Of a stretch of DNA of 64,000 nucleotides, positions 1 through 9,489 are shown piece by piece; the first letter of the stretch is position 1; each line of letters opens with the position of its first letter. The stretch covers positions 28,742 through 92,741 of the forward strand of contig NZ_JBAZPS010000008.1 of assembly GCF_041648055.1 (NCBI RefSeq). The letters run 5' to 3'. Source of the stretch: Brevundimonas sp. (GTDB taxonomy: Bacteria; Pseudomonadota; Alphaproteobacteria; Caulobacterales; Caulobacteraceae). Made by a program: the position numbers and the translations under genes. The notes below the pieces were generated by a model that was given only the letters and a program-made list of their open reading frames with translations, was not told where the DNA came from and did no database searches.

Positions 1-1
1 C

Positions 2-544
2 GCCGGGGTGCTCGGAGCCTTTCTGGGTTCGAGCCTGGGCAAGGCCGTGGATGGTCAGAAGCTGCTGGCCCTTTTCGCCGTCCTGATGCTGGTCGTCGGC
101 GTACTGATGTTGCGGGGCCGCTCCGCCGGCGGAGACCCGAACGTCCAGCTTGATCGGCGCAATGCACCCAAGCTCGTCGGCACGGGCCTGGCCACGGGCG
201 TGATGTCGGGCTTCTTCGGCATCGGCGGCGGCTTCCTTATCGTGCCCAGCCTGATGTTCTCGACCCGCATGCCGATCTACTATGCCGTCGGCTCTTCCTT
301 GGTCGGCGTCACCGCCTTCGGCCTGACCACGGCCTTCAACTACGCCCTTGATGGCTGGGTCGACTGGCCCCTGGCGGCCGTCTTCATCGGCGGCGGCGTG
401 CTGGGCGGTCTGGTCGGCGCACGGCTCGCCAAGGCCCTGTCGGGACAGAAAGGCGTCTTGAATACCGTCTTCGCGGGGCTGATCTTCGTCGTCGCCTTAT
501 ATATGCTTTACCGCAGCGCCGGCGCGCTCGGCTTGATCGGTTGA
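2..544 (+). CDS. TSUP/TauE-SafE family membrane permease (5' end outside window)
   Basis: Frame open to window edge; multi-TM glycine-rich sequence with GFFGIGGGFLIVP motif typical of TauE/SafE-type exporters. Confidence 0.7.
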   Translation, partial: AGVLGAFLGSSLGKAVDGQKLLALFAVLMLVVGVLMLRGRSAGGDPNVQLDRRNAPKLVGTGLATGVMSGFFGIGGGFLIVPSLMFSTRMPIYYAVGSSLVGVTAFGLTTAFNYALDGWVDWPLAAVFIGGGVLGGLVGARLAKALSGQKGVLNTVFAGLIFVVALYMLYRSAGALGLIG

Positions 545-553
545 AACGCTTCC

Positions 554-1981
554 ATGGAACTTGACGCCCTGATCCTGGCTCGGATGCAGTTCGCCTTCAC
601 CGTCGCCTTCCACATCGTCTTCCCGACCTTCTCTATCGGCCTGGCCAGCTATCTGGCCGTGCTGGAGGCCCTGTGGCTGAAGACAGGGCGCGAGCTCTAT
701 CTGAACCTTTTCAAATACTGGCTGAAGATCTTCGCCGTCGCCTTCGGCATGGGCGTCGTCTCGGGTCTGGTGATGTCCTATCAGTTCGGCACCAACTGGT
801 CGGTCTTCTCCGACAAGGCCGGACCCGTCATCGGCCCCCTGATGGCCTATGAGGTGCTCAGCGCCTTCTTCCTCGAGGCGGGCTTCCTGGGCGTGATGCT
901 GTTCGGCCTGAACCGGGTCGGCAAGAAGCTGCACTTCCTGGCCACCCTGATGGTCGCCATCGGCACCTTCGCCTCGGCCTTCTGGATCCTGTCCGTCAAC
1001 AGCTGGATGCAGACGCCGCAAGGCTACGCCATCAACGAGGTCGGCCAGTTCATCCCGGCCGACTGGTTCAAGATCGTCTTCAACCCGTCCTTCCCCTATC
1101 GCCTCGCCCACATGCTGCTGGCGGCCTACCTGACGACCGGTCTGGTGGTCGGCGCGGTCGGCGCCTGGCACCTCATGAAGGAGCGGACCAACAAGGGCGC
1201 GCGCAAGATGTTCGCCATGGCCATGGGCATGATCCTGGTCGCCGCTCCGGTGCAGATCTTCATCGGCGACATGCACGGGTTGAACACCCTGGAGCACCAG
1301 CCCGCCAAGGTCATGGCGATGGAAGGCCACTTCGAAAGCCACCCGGACGGGGCGCCGCTGATCCTGTTCGGCCTGCCCGATCGCGAGGCCGCCACCGTCC
1401 ATGGCGCGGTCGAGGTTCCGAAGCTGTCGTCCCTGATCCTGAAGCATGATCCAAACGCGCCTCTGGCCGGTCTCGACACCGTCGCCCGCGCCGACTGGCC
1501 GCCGGTGGAGATCGTCTTCTGGTCCTTCCGCGTCATGGTGGGACTGGGCATGGCCATGCTGCTGCTGGGGCTATGGGGGTTGTACGCCCGCCTGCGCAGC
1601 CGCCTCTATGACGCCCCCTGGCTGCACCGCTTCGCCCTGATCATGGGACCGATGGGGTTCGTCGCCGTGCTGGCGGGCTGGATCACCACGGAGGTCGGCC
1701 GCCAGCCCTGGACCGTCTACGGCCTGCTGCGCACCGCCGACAGCGCCGCGCCTCTGGCGGCGCCTGCCGTCGCGACTTCCTTGGCCGCTTTCGCCGTGGT
1801 CTATTTCACCGTCTTCGGCGCCGGGGTCTTCTACATCCTGCGTCTGATGAGCCATGCGCCTCATCGCGGCGAGCCGGGCGTGGCGGAAACGCCGATCCGC
1901 ACGGCGGGCATCACGCCTGCCCCCGCCATCGACCCCGACCGTCCCATCCCGACTGGCGAGGAGACTGATCATGAGCGTTGA
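554..1981 (+). CDS. cydA: cytochrome bd-type ubiquinol oxidase subunit I
   Basis: 475-aa ORF; N-terminus MELDALILARMQFAFTVAFHIVFPTFSIGL and GTNWSVFS / EVLSAFFLEAGFLG motifs characteristic of CydA/CioA. Confidence 0.95.
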   Translation: MELDALILARMQFAFTVAFHIVFPTFSIGLASYLAVLEALWLKTGRELYLNLFKYWLKIFAVAFGMGVVSGLVMSYQFGTNWSVFSDKAGPVIGPLMAYEVLSAFFLEAGFLGVMLFGLNRVGKKLHFLATLMVAIGTFASAFWILSVNSWMQTPQGYAINEVGQFIPADWFKIVFNPSFPYRLAHMLLAAYLTTGLVVGAVGAWHLMKERTNKGARKMFAMAMGMILVAAPVQIFIGDMHGLNTLEHQPAKVMAMEGHFESHPDGAPLILFGLPDREAATVHGAVEVPKLSSLILKHDPNAPLAGLDTVARADWPPVEIVFWSFRVMVGLGMAMLLLGLWGLYARLRSRLYDAPWLHRFALIMGPMGFVAVLAGWITTEVGRQPWTVYGLLRTADSAAPLAAPAVATSLAAFAVVYFTVFGAGVFYILRLMSHAPHRGEPGVAETPIRTAGITPAPAIDPDRPIPTGEETDHER

Positions 1982-2972
1982 TCTGACCCTGGTCTGGGCC
2001 GGTCTGCTGGCCTTCGCCGTCTTCGCCTACATCGTCATGGACGGGTTCGACCTGGGTGTCGGCATCCTGTTCCCGACACTGAAGGCCGGCGATCAGCGCG
2101 ACAAGGCGATGAACTCGATCGCCCCGGTGTGGGACGGCAACGAGACCTGGCTGATCCTGGGCGGTGGCGGCCTGTTCGCGGCCTTCCCCCTCGCCTATGC
2201 GGTCCTGATGCCGGCGGTCTACACGCCGATCATCGCCATGCTGCTGGGGCTGGTCTTCCGGGGCGTCGCCTTTGAATACCGCTGGCGCACCGTGCGGGCC
2301 AAGCCCGTCTGGGATGTCGCCTTCTTCGGCGGCTCCCTCCTGGCCGCCTTCTCCCAGGGCGTCACCCTGGGGGCCATCCTGCAGGGGGTCGAAGTGTCCG
2401 GTCGCGCCTATGGCGGCGGCTGGTGGGACTGGCTCAGCCCCTTCAGCCTGCTGACCGGTGTGGCCGTCGTCGTCGGCTACGCCCTTCTCGGCGCCACCTG
2501 GCTGAACATGAAGACGGATGGCGCGCTCCAGACCCACGCCCGGTCCCAGGCCTGGAAGTTGGGGCCGGCGACCTTGCTGATGATCGGCGCGGTCAGCCTG
2601 GCCACCCCGTTCCTCGACGGCGAATACGCCCGCCGGTGGTTCGACTGGCCCGGCGTGCTTCTGACGGCCCAGGTGCCGTTGCTCGTCCTGATCGTCGCGG
2701 CCGCCTTCTTCTGGACCATGCGTCAGAAGCGTGAGGTCTGGCCCTTCCTGCTGTCGCTGGGCCTGTTCGCGGTGACCTTCGCCGGGCTGGGCGTCAGCGT
2801 CTTCCCTTACGCCGTACCCGACGAGATCACCCTCTGGCAGGCCGCAGCTCCCGCCTCCAGCCAGCTGTTCATGCTGGTCGGCGCCCTGATCCTGATCCCG
2901 ATCATCCTAGCCTACACCGCCTACGCCTACTGGGTGTTCCGCGGCAAGGTCGGCGACGACGGTTACCACTGA
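1971..2972 (+). CDS. cydB: cytochrome bd-type ubiquinol oxidase subunit II
   Basis: In-frame ATG at 1971 overlapping the cydA stop; MSVDLTLVWAGLLAFAVFAYIVMDGFDLGVGILFP is the canonical CydB N-terminus; ORF-track start 1854 lies inside cydA and is rejected. Confidence 0.92.
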   Translation: MSVDLTLVWAGLLAFAVFAYIVMDGFDLGVGILFPTLKAGDQRDKAMNSIAPVWDGNETWLILGGGGLFAAFPLAYAVLMPAVYTPIIAMLLGLVFRGVAFEYRWRTVRAKPVWDVAFFGGSLLAAFSQGVTLGAILQGVEVSGRAYGGGWWDWLSPFSLLTGVAVVVGYALLGATWLNMKTDGALQTHARSQAWKLGPATLLMIGAVSLATPFLDGEYARRWFDWPGVLLTAQVPLLVLIVAAAFFWTMRQKREVWPFLLSLGLFAVTFAGLGVSVFPYAVPDEITLWQAAAPASSQLFMLVGALILIPIILAYTAYAYWVFRGKVGDDGYH

Positions 2973-3100
2973 TGCGTCGCGGCTCCACAAACGGGCTCCG
3001 GCAGGGCCTCTGGTTCGTCGCGCTCTGGGCGCTGGGCGTGGGCGTCCTGGGCATCGTCGCCTATCTGCTGCGCGGCGTTCTCAAGCTGGCCGGGGGGTGA
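2972..3100 (+). CDS. small single-TM protein trailing cydB (DUF2474/CydX-like position)
   Basis: Hand-translated 42 aa MRRGSTNGLRQGLWFVALWALGVGVLGIVAYLLRGVLKLAGG; ATG overlaps cydB stop (TGATG) and its TGA overlaps the next GTG start; below ORF-track cutoff. Confidence 0.5.
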   Translation: MRRGSTNGLRQGLWFVALWALGVGVLGIVAYLLRGVLKLAGG

Positions 3101-3582
3101 GCCCGCAGGCGCCGAACCGCTGGCCCTGGCCGCCGCTCATCACGGGCGGCGCCGTCCTTGTCGCGCTCATCACGGCGCGTCTGTGGTCCCCGCCCGCTCT
3201 CTTCCCCGGCGCCTTCGCCGCTGGCGGCCTCCTGGTCGGGCTCGCCCTTGGTTTGGACCTCTGGGCCATGCTGGTGATGCGGCGGTGGCGCGCCAACATC
3301 CTGCCGCACCGGGCGGCGACCGCTCTGGTCACGACCGGTCCGTTCGCCTGGAGCCGCAACCCGATCTATCTCGCCAACGGCCTGCTGCTGCTCGGCCTCG
3401 GCGGCCTGTTCGACAACGCCTGGTTCTTCGTGGCCGCCCCCGTCGCCGCCTTCGCCACCGACCGCCTCGCCATCCGGCGCGAGGAACGACACCTGACGGC
3501 CCTCTTCGGGCCAGCCTGGTCCGCCTACGCCGATCGCGTGGACCGCTGGTTTGGGCGGCGGATGCCGTCGCAATCACCTTAA
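3097..3582 (+). CDS. membrane methyltransferase family protein (ICMT/PEMT-like)
   Basis: 161-aa multi-TM ORF with GPFAWSRNPIYLANGLLLLG motif typical of isoprenylcysteine carboxyl / phospholipid methyltransferase family. Confidence 0.6.
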   Translation: MSPQAPNRWPWPPLITGGAVLVALITARLWSPPALFPGAFAAGGLLVGLALGLDLWAMLVMRRWRANILPHRAATALVTTGPFAWSRNPIYLANGLLLLGLGGLFDNAWFFVAAPVAAFATDRLAIRREERHLTALFGPAWSAYADRVDRWFGRRMPSQSP

Positions 3583-3683
3583 GGCTGGCTTAAGCTTGGC
3601 CCGGCCTGTTGCGACAAAACGCAGCAGGAAACGACGATGGGAGACATCAAGAGGCCCGCGCCAACCACGGGAACGCTTGTCCG

Positions 3684-4995
3684 GTGCTGATGGGCCTCCT
3701 CATGAGCGGTGCGATCGCCGCCGCCGGGCAACCCACGGACGCCCAGGATAGCTGGCGCGTCTCCGGATCGGCGCGCGCGCGGGGAGAGACGCTGTCAGGC
3801 CAGTTTTGTCCGATGGCGGAGCCAAGCGACGCCGTCCTGACGACGCGGCTGACGCTGGCCGTCGAGCGGGATGTGGGTCACGTGACGTTCGGGCGAGGTG
3901 TTCGATTCGCGGGCGTTCGGGCAAGGTCCGCTGTCGTCGGTCGGCGTTGGCGAGGTCAATGCGCTGGAGTTGGTTCAGGCCTACGCCAAGATCCGTCTCG
4001 GCGCGCGACGTGAGCGGACACTGAAACTCGGCCGCTTCACCATGGATCTGGGTTCCAAGCGTTTCGTTTCTCGCCAGAATTTTCGCAACACCACCAACGC
4101 CTATACCGGCGCCCGTTTCGACACGCCCCTGGCCGACGGCGCGCTGACGGCCTTCTGGGTCATGCCGCAGGTGCGGTTGCCGGACGACAGGGCCGCCATC
4201 GAGGACAATCGGATCGCGTGGGATCGAGAGAGTTCCAACCTGCAGTTCGCCGGCCTGTTTTGGACTCGCGACCTCGGCCAGCGGCGGTCGCTCGACCTCT
4301 ATGTCTACGGCCTGACCGAAAGCGATGACGCGGACCAGCAGACCCGAAACCGCCGGCTGGCGACGCCCGGCGTCCGTTGGCGCCATTCGCCGGCGGCCGG
4401 GGCGTGGGATGTCGAGGTCGAGGCGGCGGCCCAGGTCGGTCAGGTCCGGCGCTCGGCCTCGCCCGCAGACACCCAGGATGTGGATGTCAGGGCGGGCTTC
4501 ATTCATCTGGAGGCGGGACGTACCTTCGCCCACGACTGGTCGCCGAGACTCGCCGCCCAGTTCGACAATGTCACGGGCGATGGGGGACGGGGCGACTATG
4601 GCCGGTTCGACACCCTGTACGGCGCACGCCGCTTCGAGTTCGGCCCCGCCGGTCTCTACGGCCCGGTCTCGCGCGCCAACCTCGTGTCGCCCGGCGTTCG
4701 CCTCGAGGTAAAGCCCGACCGCAAGCTGGACGGCTTCGTCGCGGTGCGGGGCCTGTGGTTGGAAGACGCGCGCGACAGTCTGGGCGCGACGGGGGTCATC
4801 GACCCGTCGAGCGACAGCGGCCGCTTTGGCGGAACTCAGATCGAGGCGCGGGTCCGCTACAAGCTGACCCCCGACGTCACTCTGGAGACCGGCGGCGCCC
4901 GGCTCTTCAAGGGCGGCGCCCTGACCGATGCCCCGAACGCGCCGGCGACCGCCGACACCACCTACGGCTATGTGGACGTGACCTATGCCTTCTGA
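3684..4995 (+). pseudogene. alginate-export family outer-membrane porin, apparently frameshifted near 3885-3900
   Basis: N-terminal part (signal-like MGLLMSGAIAAAGQ, WRVSGSARARGETLSGQF) is in the frame of ORF 3609..4013; the remainder (EVFDSRAFGQ..., ends YVDVTYAF) is in the frame of ORF 3898..4995; the second frame only opens after TGA at 3883-3885. Confidence 0.55.
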
Positions 4996-5010
4996 CAGAG
5001 TCCTCGCCCC

Positions 5011-6615
5011 ATGTCGCTGACCATCGGCCTCCTGCTGGCGCTCAGCTTCCTCGTGTCCTTGCTGGCCCTCGCCTTTCTGATCTGGGCGGTGACGAACCGG
5101 CAGCTCCAACTACACCAGGGCCAGGCCTACACCGTCTTCACGCCCGGCGAGGCGGGCACGCCCGACGATGCGACGATGGCCGGCGAGGACACCCAGTCCG
5201 TCGGGCCGCATCACTATGACACCGAGCGCGAGGGCATCGATGCGGTCTCGCGCCGCCCCGTGATGATCCTGATCGGCAGCGGCATCACCTGGCTGGTCAT
5301 CGGCTCCATTTTCGGCCTGATGGCCTCGCTGAAGCTGCACTGGCCGGACTGGCTGACGGACGTCGCGCCGCTGACCTTTGGCCGGGTCCGCACGCTTCAT
5401 CTGAATCTCGTGATCTATGGCTGGCTGTCGATGACCGGCATCGGCGTGGCGCTCTGGATCGCCCCGCGCATCTTTCATACGGAGCTGCGACATCCCCGAC
5501 TGCCTGTGATCGGGGCCGTGCTCTGGAACATCGCCGTGGCCTGCGGCGCTCTGGCGATCGCCTCGGGCTGGACGGATGGCGAGGAATGGCTGGAGATCCC
5601 CTGGCAGATCGATGGGCTGTTGGCCCTGGCCGGGGCCTTCTTCGTCTGGCCGCTTCTCCACACAGCACTACGGCGCAACGTGGACCACATCTATGTGACC
5701 GGTTGGTACTATCTCGGGGCGCTGTGCTGGTTCCCCATTCTGTTCTTCATCGCCAATCTGCCGGGCATCCATTCGGGCGTGCAGGAGGCGACGGTCAACT
5801 GGTGGTTCGCCCACAATGTCCTGGGGCTCTGGCTGACCCCGCTGGGCGTTGGCGCGGCCTATTATTTCATTCCCAAGATCATCGGCAAACCCATCTACTC
5901 CTACAGCCTGTCGCTGCTCGGCTTCTGGGCGCTCGCCTTGTTCTACAGTCAGGTCGGCATCCACCATCTGATCGGCGGTCCGGTGCCGACCTGGGTGGTG
6001 ACCCTGTCGATCGTCCACAGTGTGATGATGTTCGTTCCGGTGATCGCCGTGGCCATCAACCAGCACGTCACGGTCGCCCGCAACCTGTGGGCCTTCAAGG
6101 CCTCGGTCCCTCTGCGGTTCATCTCGCTGGGGGCGGTCATGTATACCCTGGCGTCCTTCCAGGGGTCGATCGAAGCCTTGCGCACGATCAATACCGTGAC
6201 CCACTTCACCCAATACACGGTCGGGCACGCCCATCTCGGCGCCTATGGTTTTGTGTCCTTCATACTGTTCGGCGCGGTCTACCACATGGGCCCGCGACTG
6301 ACGGGACGGCAGTGGCCCGAACCGGCCCTGATCAAGGCCCATTTCTGGCTCGTGGTCATCGGCTTCGCCATCTACTTCTTCGCCCTGACCATCGGCGGCG
6401 TGCTGCAGGGTCTGGCCATGCTGGACGCGACGCGCCCCTTCGCCGACAGCGTCACCGTCCTGGCGCCCTATCTTGAGGCCCGGTCTGTCGGCGGCGGGCT
6501 GATGACCCTGGGTCACCTCATCTTCGCGGGCCATTTCATAGCCCTGCTGGCCAAGGGCCGCGCGCCCCAGGCCGGGGCCGTCCCCACCGACACCGTTCCG
6601 GCGACCACAGCATGA
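5011..6615 (+). CDS. ccoN: cbb3-type cytochrome c oxidase subunit I with N-terminal CcoS/FixS-like segment
   Basis: 534 aa; multi-TM with HLNLVIYGW, WFAHNVLGLWLTP, GHAHLGAYGF haem-copper oxidase motifs; first ~45 aa (LALAFLIWAVTNRQLQ) resemble CcoS; internal Met at 5176. Confidence 0.9.
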   Translation: MSLTIGLLLALSFLVSLLALAFLIWAVTNRQLQLHQGQAYTVFTPGEAGTPDDATMAGEDTQSVGPHHYDTEREGIDAVSRRPVMILIGSGITWLVIGSIFGLMASLKLHWPDWLTDVAPLTFGRVRTLHLNLVIYGWLSMTGIGVALWIAPRIFHTELRHPRLPVIGAVLWNIAVACGALAIASGWTDGEEWLEIPWQIDGLLALAGAFFVWPLLHTALRRNVDHIYVTGWYYLGALCWFPILFFIANLPGIHSGVQEATVNWWFAHNVLGLWLTPLGVGAAYYFIPKIIGKPIYSYSLSLLGFWALALFYSQVGIHHLIGGPVPTWVVTLSIVHSVMMFVPVIAVAINQHVTVARNLWAFKASVPLRFISLGAVMYTLASFQGSIEALRTINTVTHFTQYTVGHAHLGAYGFVSFILFGAVYHMGPRLTGRQWPEPALIKAHFWLVVIGFAIYFFALTIGGVLQGLAMLDATRPFADSVTVLAPYLEARSVGGGLMTLGHLIFAGHFIALLAKGRAPQAGAVPTDTVPATTA

Positions 6616-7232
6616 ACCGCGTCATTCCTCTGGGCGTCCTCGCCCTCGCCATCCTGGCCTTCGCCACCCTGATGCTGGTCATCCTTCCCGGCATCCAGAT
6701 CCGCGAGCAAGCGCCCACGCCGGGTCTGCTGCCCTACACGGAGGCGGAGCTTCGGGGACGGGCGGCCTATGTCTCCGAAGGCTGCGTCTATTGTCACAGC
6801 CAGCAGCCCCGCGCCCTGGACCAGGCGCCGGACAGCGAACGCGGCTGGGGCCGGGCCGCGGTGGCCTCCGACTATTTCTACGACCAGCCCCATCAACTGG
6901 GCACCATGCGCACCGGGCCGGATCTCCAGAATGTGGGCGCGCGACTGCCGAGCGAAGCCTGGCACATGACCCACCTCTATCAGCCGCGCGCGATCTACGA
7001 CTGGAGCATCATGCCGGCCTATCCTTATCTGTTCGAGGTCAAGGACAAGGCGGCGCCGGGCGACGTTGTCGTTGCGCTGCCGGAACGCTATGCGCCCAAG
7101 GGCAAGGTCGTCGTGGCCAGACCGCAGGCGCGCGACCTCGTGGCCTATCTGCGCAGCCTGGACCGGACCTTCCCTGCCCCGCCCACGGCCGTCCGCGACG
7201 ACGGATACAGCGAAAAGGGCGAGCCGAAATGA
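6612..7232 (+). CDS. ccoO: cbb3-type cytochrome c oxidase subunit II (mono-haem)
   Basis: 206 aa, N-terminal TM helix, CVYCHS haem-c site, GPDLQNVG motif; start overlaps ccoN stop. Confidence 0.9.
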   Translation: MNRVIPLGVLALAILAFATLMLVILPGIQIREQAPTPGLLPYTEAELRGRAAYVSEGCVYCHSQQPRALDQAPDSERGWGRAAVASDYFYDQPHQLGTMRTGPDLQNVGARLPSEAWHMTHLYQPRAIYDWSIMPAYPYLFEVKDKAAPGDVVVALPERYAPKGKVVVARPQARDLVAYLRSLDRTFPAPPTAVRDDGYSEKGEPK

Positions 7233-8461
7233 TCCGCAAAAGGCCGCCTGACGCCCCTCGGCCCCGCGAACCGGACGAGGCCTTCGAACCCTACGAGGAA
7301 TTCCGGCGCATTCCGCTGCCGGTCTACTGGATCGCCATCGCCCTGGCGATCTGGGGCGCGGTCACCTTGTGGGACAACGCCCAGGCGGTCAGCGTCGGGC
7401 GAGAAGAACGCGCCGAGCAGATCGAGGACATCCCCGCCCTCGCCTTGAACAGCGGCGCTCAGGTCTTCGAGGCGCGGTGTTCGACCTGCCATCAGCCCAA
7501 CGCCGTGGGCGTGCGCAGCGCCATCCCGCCGCTGGCGGGATCCCGGTTCGTCGCCGCCGATCCGGCCGTCATCGTGCAGATCCTGCTGCATGGGATCGAC
7601 GGCCCGATCGATGTCGGCGGCAAGGTCTTCGACGGCCATATGCCGAGCTTCGCAAGCGTGCTGTCCGACGCCCAATTGGCGCGGGTCGCCACCCATGTCC
7701 GCCAGACCTGGGGCGGCGATGACCAAGAGATCACGCCCGCCTTCGTGACGGCGCAGCGCGACCGCTTCCCCGGCCGCGGGGCCTGGCGCGGAGGCGAGGA
7801 GCTGGCTCGGGTCGTCGATCCCGGATTGGCGCCTCAACCTCCGGTCGGACCTGTCCGGATCTTCAGTTTCGACGATCCTGGCGTGATGCGTCTGGTCACA
7901 GAGGGCCGAGGCGAAGCCTGGGCCTGCGCCTCCTGTCACGGCGCCGCCGGCGAGGGCGGCGCCAACGTGCCCCGACTGGCAGGTCTGCCCGAGGGTTACA
8001 TCGTCAAACAGCTGCAGGACTATGTCTCGGGCCGCCGTCGCAATGAGACCATGCAGACCGTCGCCGGCGCCCTGAGCGACGCCGACCGACGCGGCCTCGC
8101 GCGATACTATTCGGCCCTGCGCACGCCCTCCACAGCGCGGCCGGAGCTTGGCGGCGGACTGAAGCGTGGCGAGCAGCTGGCGCTGTATGGCGACTGGTCC
8201 AAGAACCTTCCCGCCTGTTTCAGTTGCCATGGCCCCTCGGGCTTCGGCGTGGCGCCGAACTTCCCCTCCCTGGCGGCCCAGCATCCCGCCTATACGGCCT
8301 CGCAGCTGGCCGCTTGGGTCGGGGGGCAGCGCGACAACTCTGACGTCCAGCTGATGAACGAGGTCGCACGCAATCTGTCCGACGCGGACCGACGCGCGAT
8401 CGCCGACTATCTGGCGACCCTTCCGCCGGTGCCGGCCGCTTCCGATGATGAAAGGCGATGA
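7229..8461 (+). CDS. membrane-anchored tri-haem c-type cytochrome (in CcoP position)
   Basis: ATG at 7229 overlaps ccoO stop (ATGA); TM helix IPLPVYWIAIALAIWGAVTLW; three CxxCH sites (CSTCH, CASCH, CFSCH); ORF-track start 6791 overlaps ccoO and is rejected. Confidence 0.8.
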   Translation: MIRKRPPDAPRPREPDEAFEPYEEFRRIPLPVYWIAIALAIWGAVTLWDNAQAVSVGREERAEQIEDIPALALNSGAQVFEARCSTCHQPNAVGVRSAIPPLAGSRFVAADPAVIVQILLHGIDGPIDVGGKVFDGHMPSFASVLSDAQLARVATHVRQTWGGDDQEITPAFVTAQRDRFPGRGAWRGGEELARVVDPGLAPQPPVGPVRIFSFDDPGVMRLVTEGRGEAWACASCHGAAGEGGANVPRLAGLPEGYIVKQLQDYVSGRRRNETMQTVAGALSDADRRGLARYYSALRTPSTARPELGGGLKRGEQLALYGDWSKNLPACFSCHGPSGFGVAPNFPSLAAQHPAYTASQLAAWVGGQRDNSDVQLMNEVARNLSDADRRAIADYLATLPPVPAASDDERR

Positions 8462-9489
8462 CCATGGATGACGACGCTCCGCCTCCCGCACCGCAGGATC
8501 GGCCCGCCAAGGGCCGGTTCGCCCGTGACGTGATCTATGCCGTCGGCGGCGGCTTCGCCCTGTTCGCCATCGCCGCCTACGCCTTTGACGCGGGCTGGCT
8601 GCGGGATCGCAAGGCTGGCGAGGCCGACGGCGACAGGAACGTCCACGCAGCCCTGTTCCAGCCGCCGCCGGACAGCGCCATCCCCGACGGGCCGGAAGGC
8701 GATGCGATCCGGCGCGGCCAGGCGATCTTCATGAACACCTCGGCCAATGCCTCGGATTTTGTCGGCAACAATCTTTCGTGCTCGAACTGCCACCTCGACG
8801 GCGGTCGACGGGCCAACTCGGCGCCCATGTGGGCCGCCTGGACCGTCTATCCCAAATACCGTTCCAAGAATAAGCAGATCAACACCATGGAAGATCGGGT
8901 GAAGGGCTGTTTCACCTATTCGATGAACGCCCAGCATTCGCCGACCGGCGGCCCGCCGCCGGCCGGTCACGACGTCTACAAGGACCTGCAAATCTATATG
9001 CACTGGCTCGCCACCGGAGCCCCGACGGGCCAAGACTTGGAGGGCGCCGGCTATCCGGAGCTTGAAAAGACCGCGGCGGGTTACGACCCGGCGCGCGGGA
9101 GCCGGGTCTACGCCGCCAACTGCGCGACCTGCCATGGTGCGGACGGCCAGGGGCAGTACGACCTGAATGGACGGCCGGTCTTCCCGGCGCTCTGGGGCCC
9201 GCGGTCCTATAACTGGGGCGCCGGCATGGCGCGGGTGAACACCGCCGCCGGCTTCATCAAGGCCAATATGCCGCTCGGCCAGAGCGATCGTCTCACAGAC
9301 CAGCAGGCCTGGGACGTCGCCGCCTTCATCAACAGCCACGAGCGCCCCAAGGATCCCCGCCAGACCGGGACAGTGCAGGAGACGGCCCAAAAGAACCACA
9401 GCGGCGAGGAGACGTTTTACGGGCGCACCTACCAGGGCCGTCTGATCGGGGTGGGCACGCCTGAACCGGCCGCTCGCGCCCGGCCTTGA
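8458..9489 (+). CDS. di-haem c-type cytochrome, TsdA/thiosulfate-dehydrogenase-like
   Basis: 343 aa; N-terminal TM/signal; two CxxCH sites (CSNCH, CATCH); KGCFTYSMN and MPLGQSDRLTDQQAWDVAAFI motifs as I recall them from TsdA-type proteins. Confidence 0.65.
   Translation: MTMDDDAPPPAPQDRPAKGRFARDVIYAVGGGFALFAIAAYAFDAGWLRDRKAGEADGDRNVHAALFQPPPDSAIPDGPEGDAIRRGQAIFMNTSANASDFVGNNLSCSNCHLDGGRRANSAPMWAAWTVYPKYRSKNKQINTMEDRVKGCFTYSMNAQHSPTGGPPPAGHDVYKDLQIYMHWLATGAPTGQDLEGAGYPELEKTAAGYDPARGSRVYAANCATCHGADGQGQYDLNGRPVFPALWGPRSYNWGAGMARVNTAAGFIKANMPLGQSDRLTDQQAWDVAAFINSHERPKDPRQTGTVQETAQKNHSGEETFYGRTYQGRLIGVGTPEPAARARP

Noticed and set aside
497-1447. Long antisense ORFs opposite clearly identified genes. 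Examples: 497..1447-, 3700..5109-, 5668..6534-, 7145..8491-, 8407..9642-, 13458..14957+, 15477..17330-, 21737..23275-, 26971..28134+, 48400..49941+, 52481..54958+, 56380..57813+, 60274..61581+.
   Set aside because: Their translations are Arg/Gly/Pro/Ala-rich low-complexity strings typical of shadow frames in high-GC DNA. In every case the opposite strand encodes a protein with recognisable family motifs.
6791-7228. The 146-aa N-terminal extension of the tri-haem cytochrome ORF (track start 6791).
   Set aside because: It lies entirely inside ccoO in another frame and is Arg/Pro/Gly-rich. ATG 7229 overlaps the ccoO stop and is followed by a plausible TM anchor.
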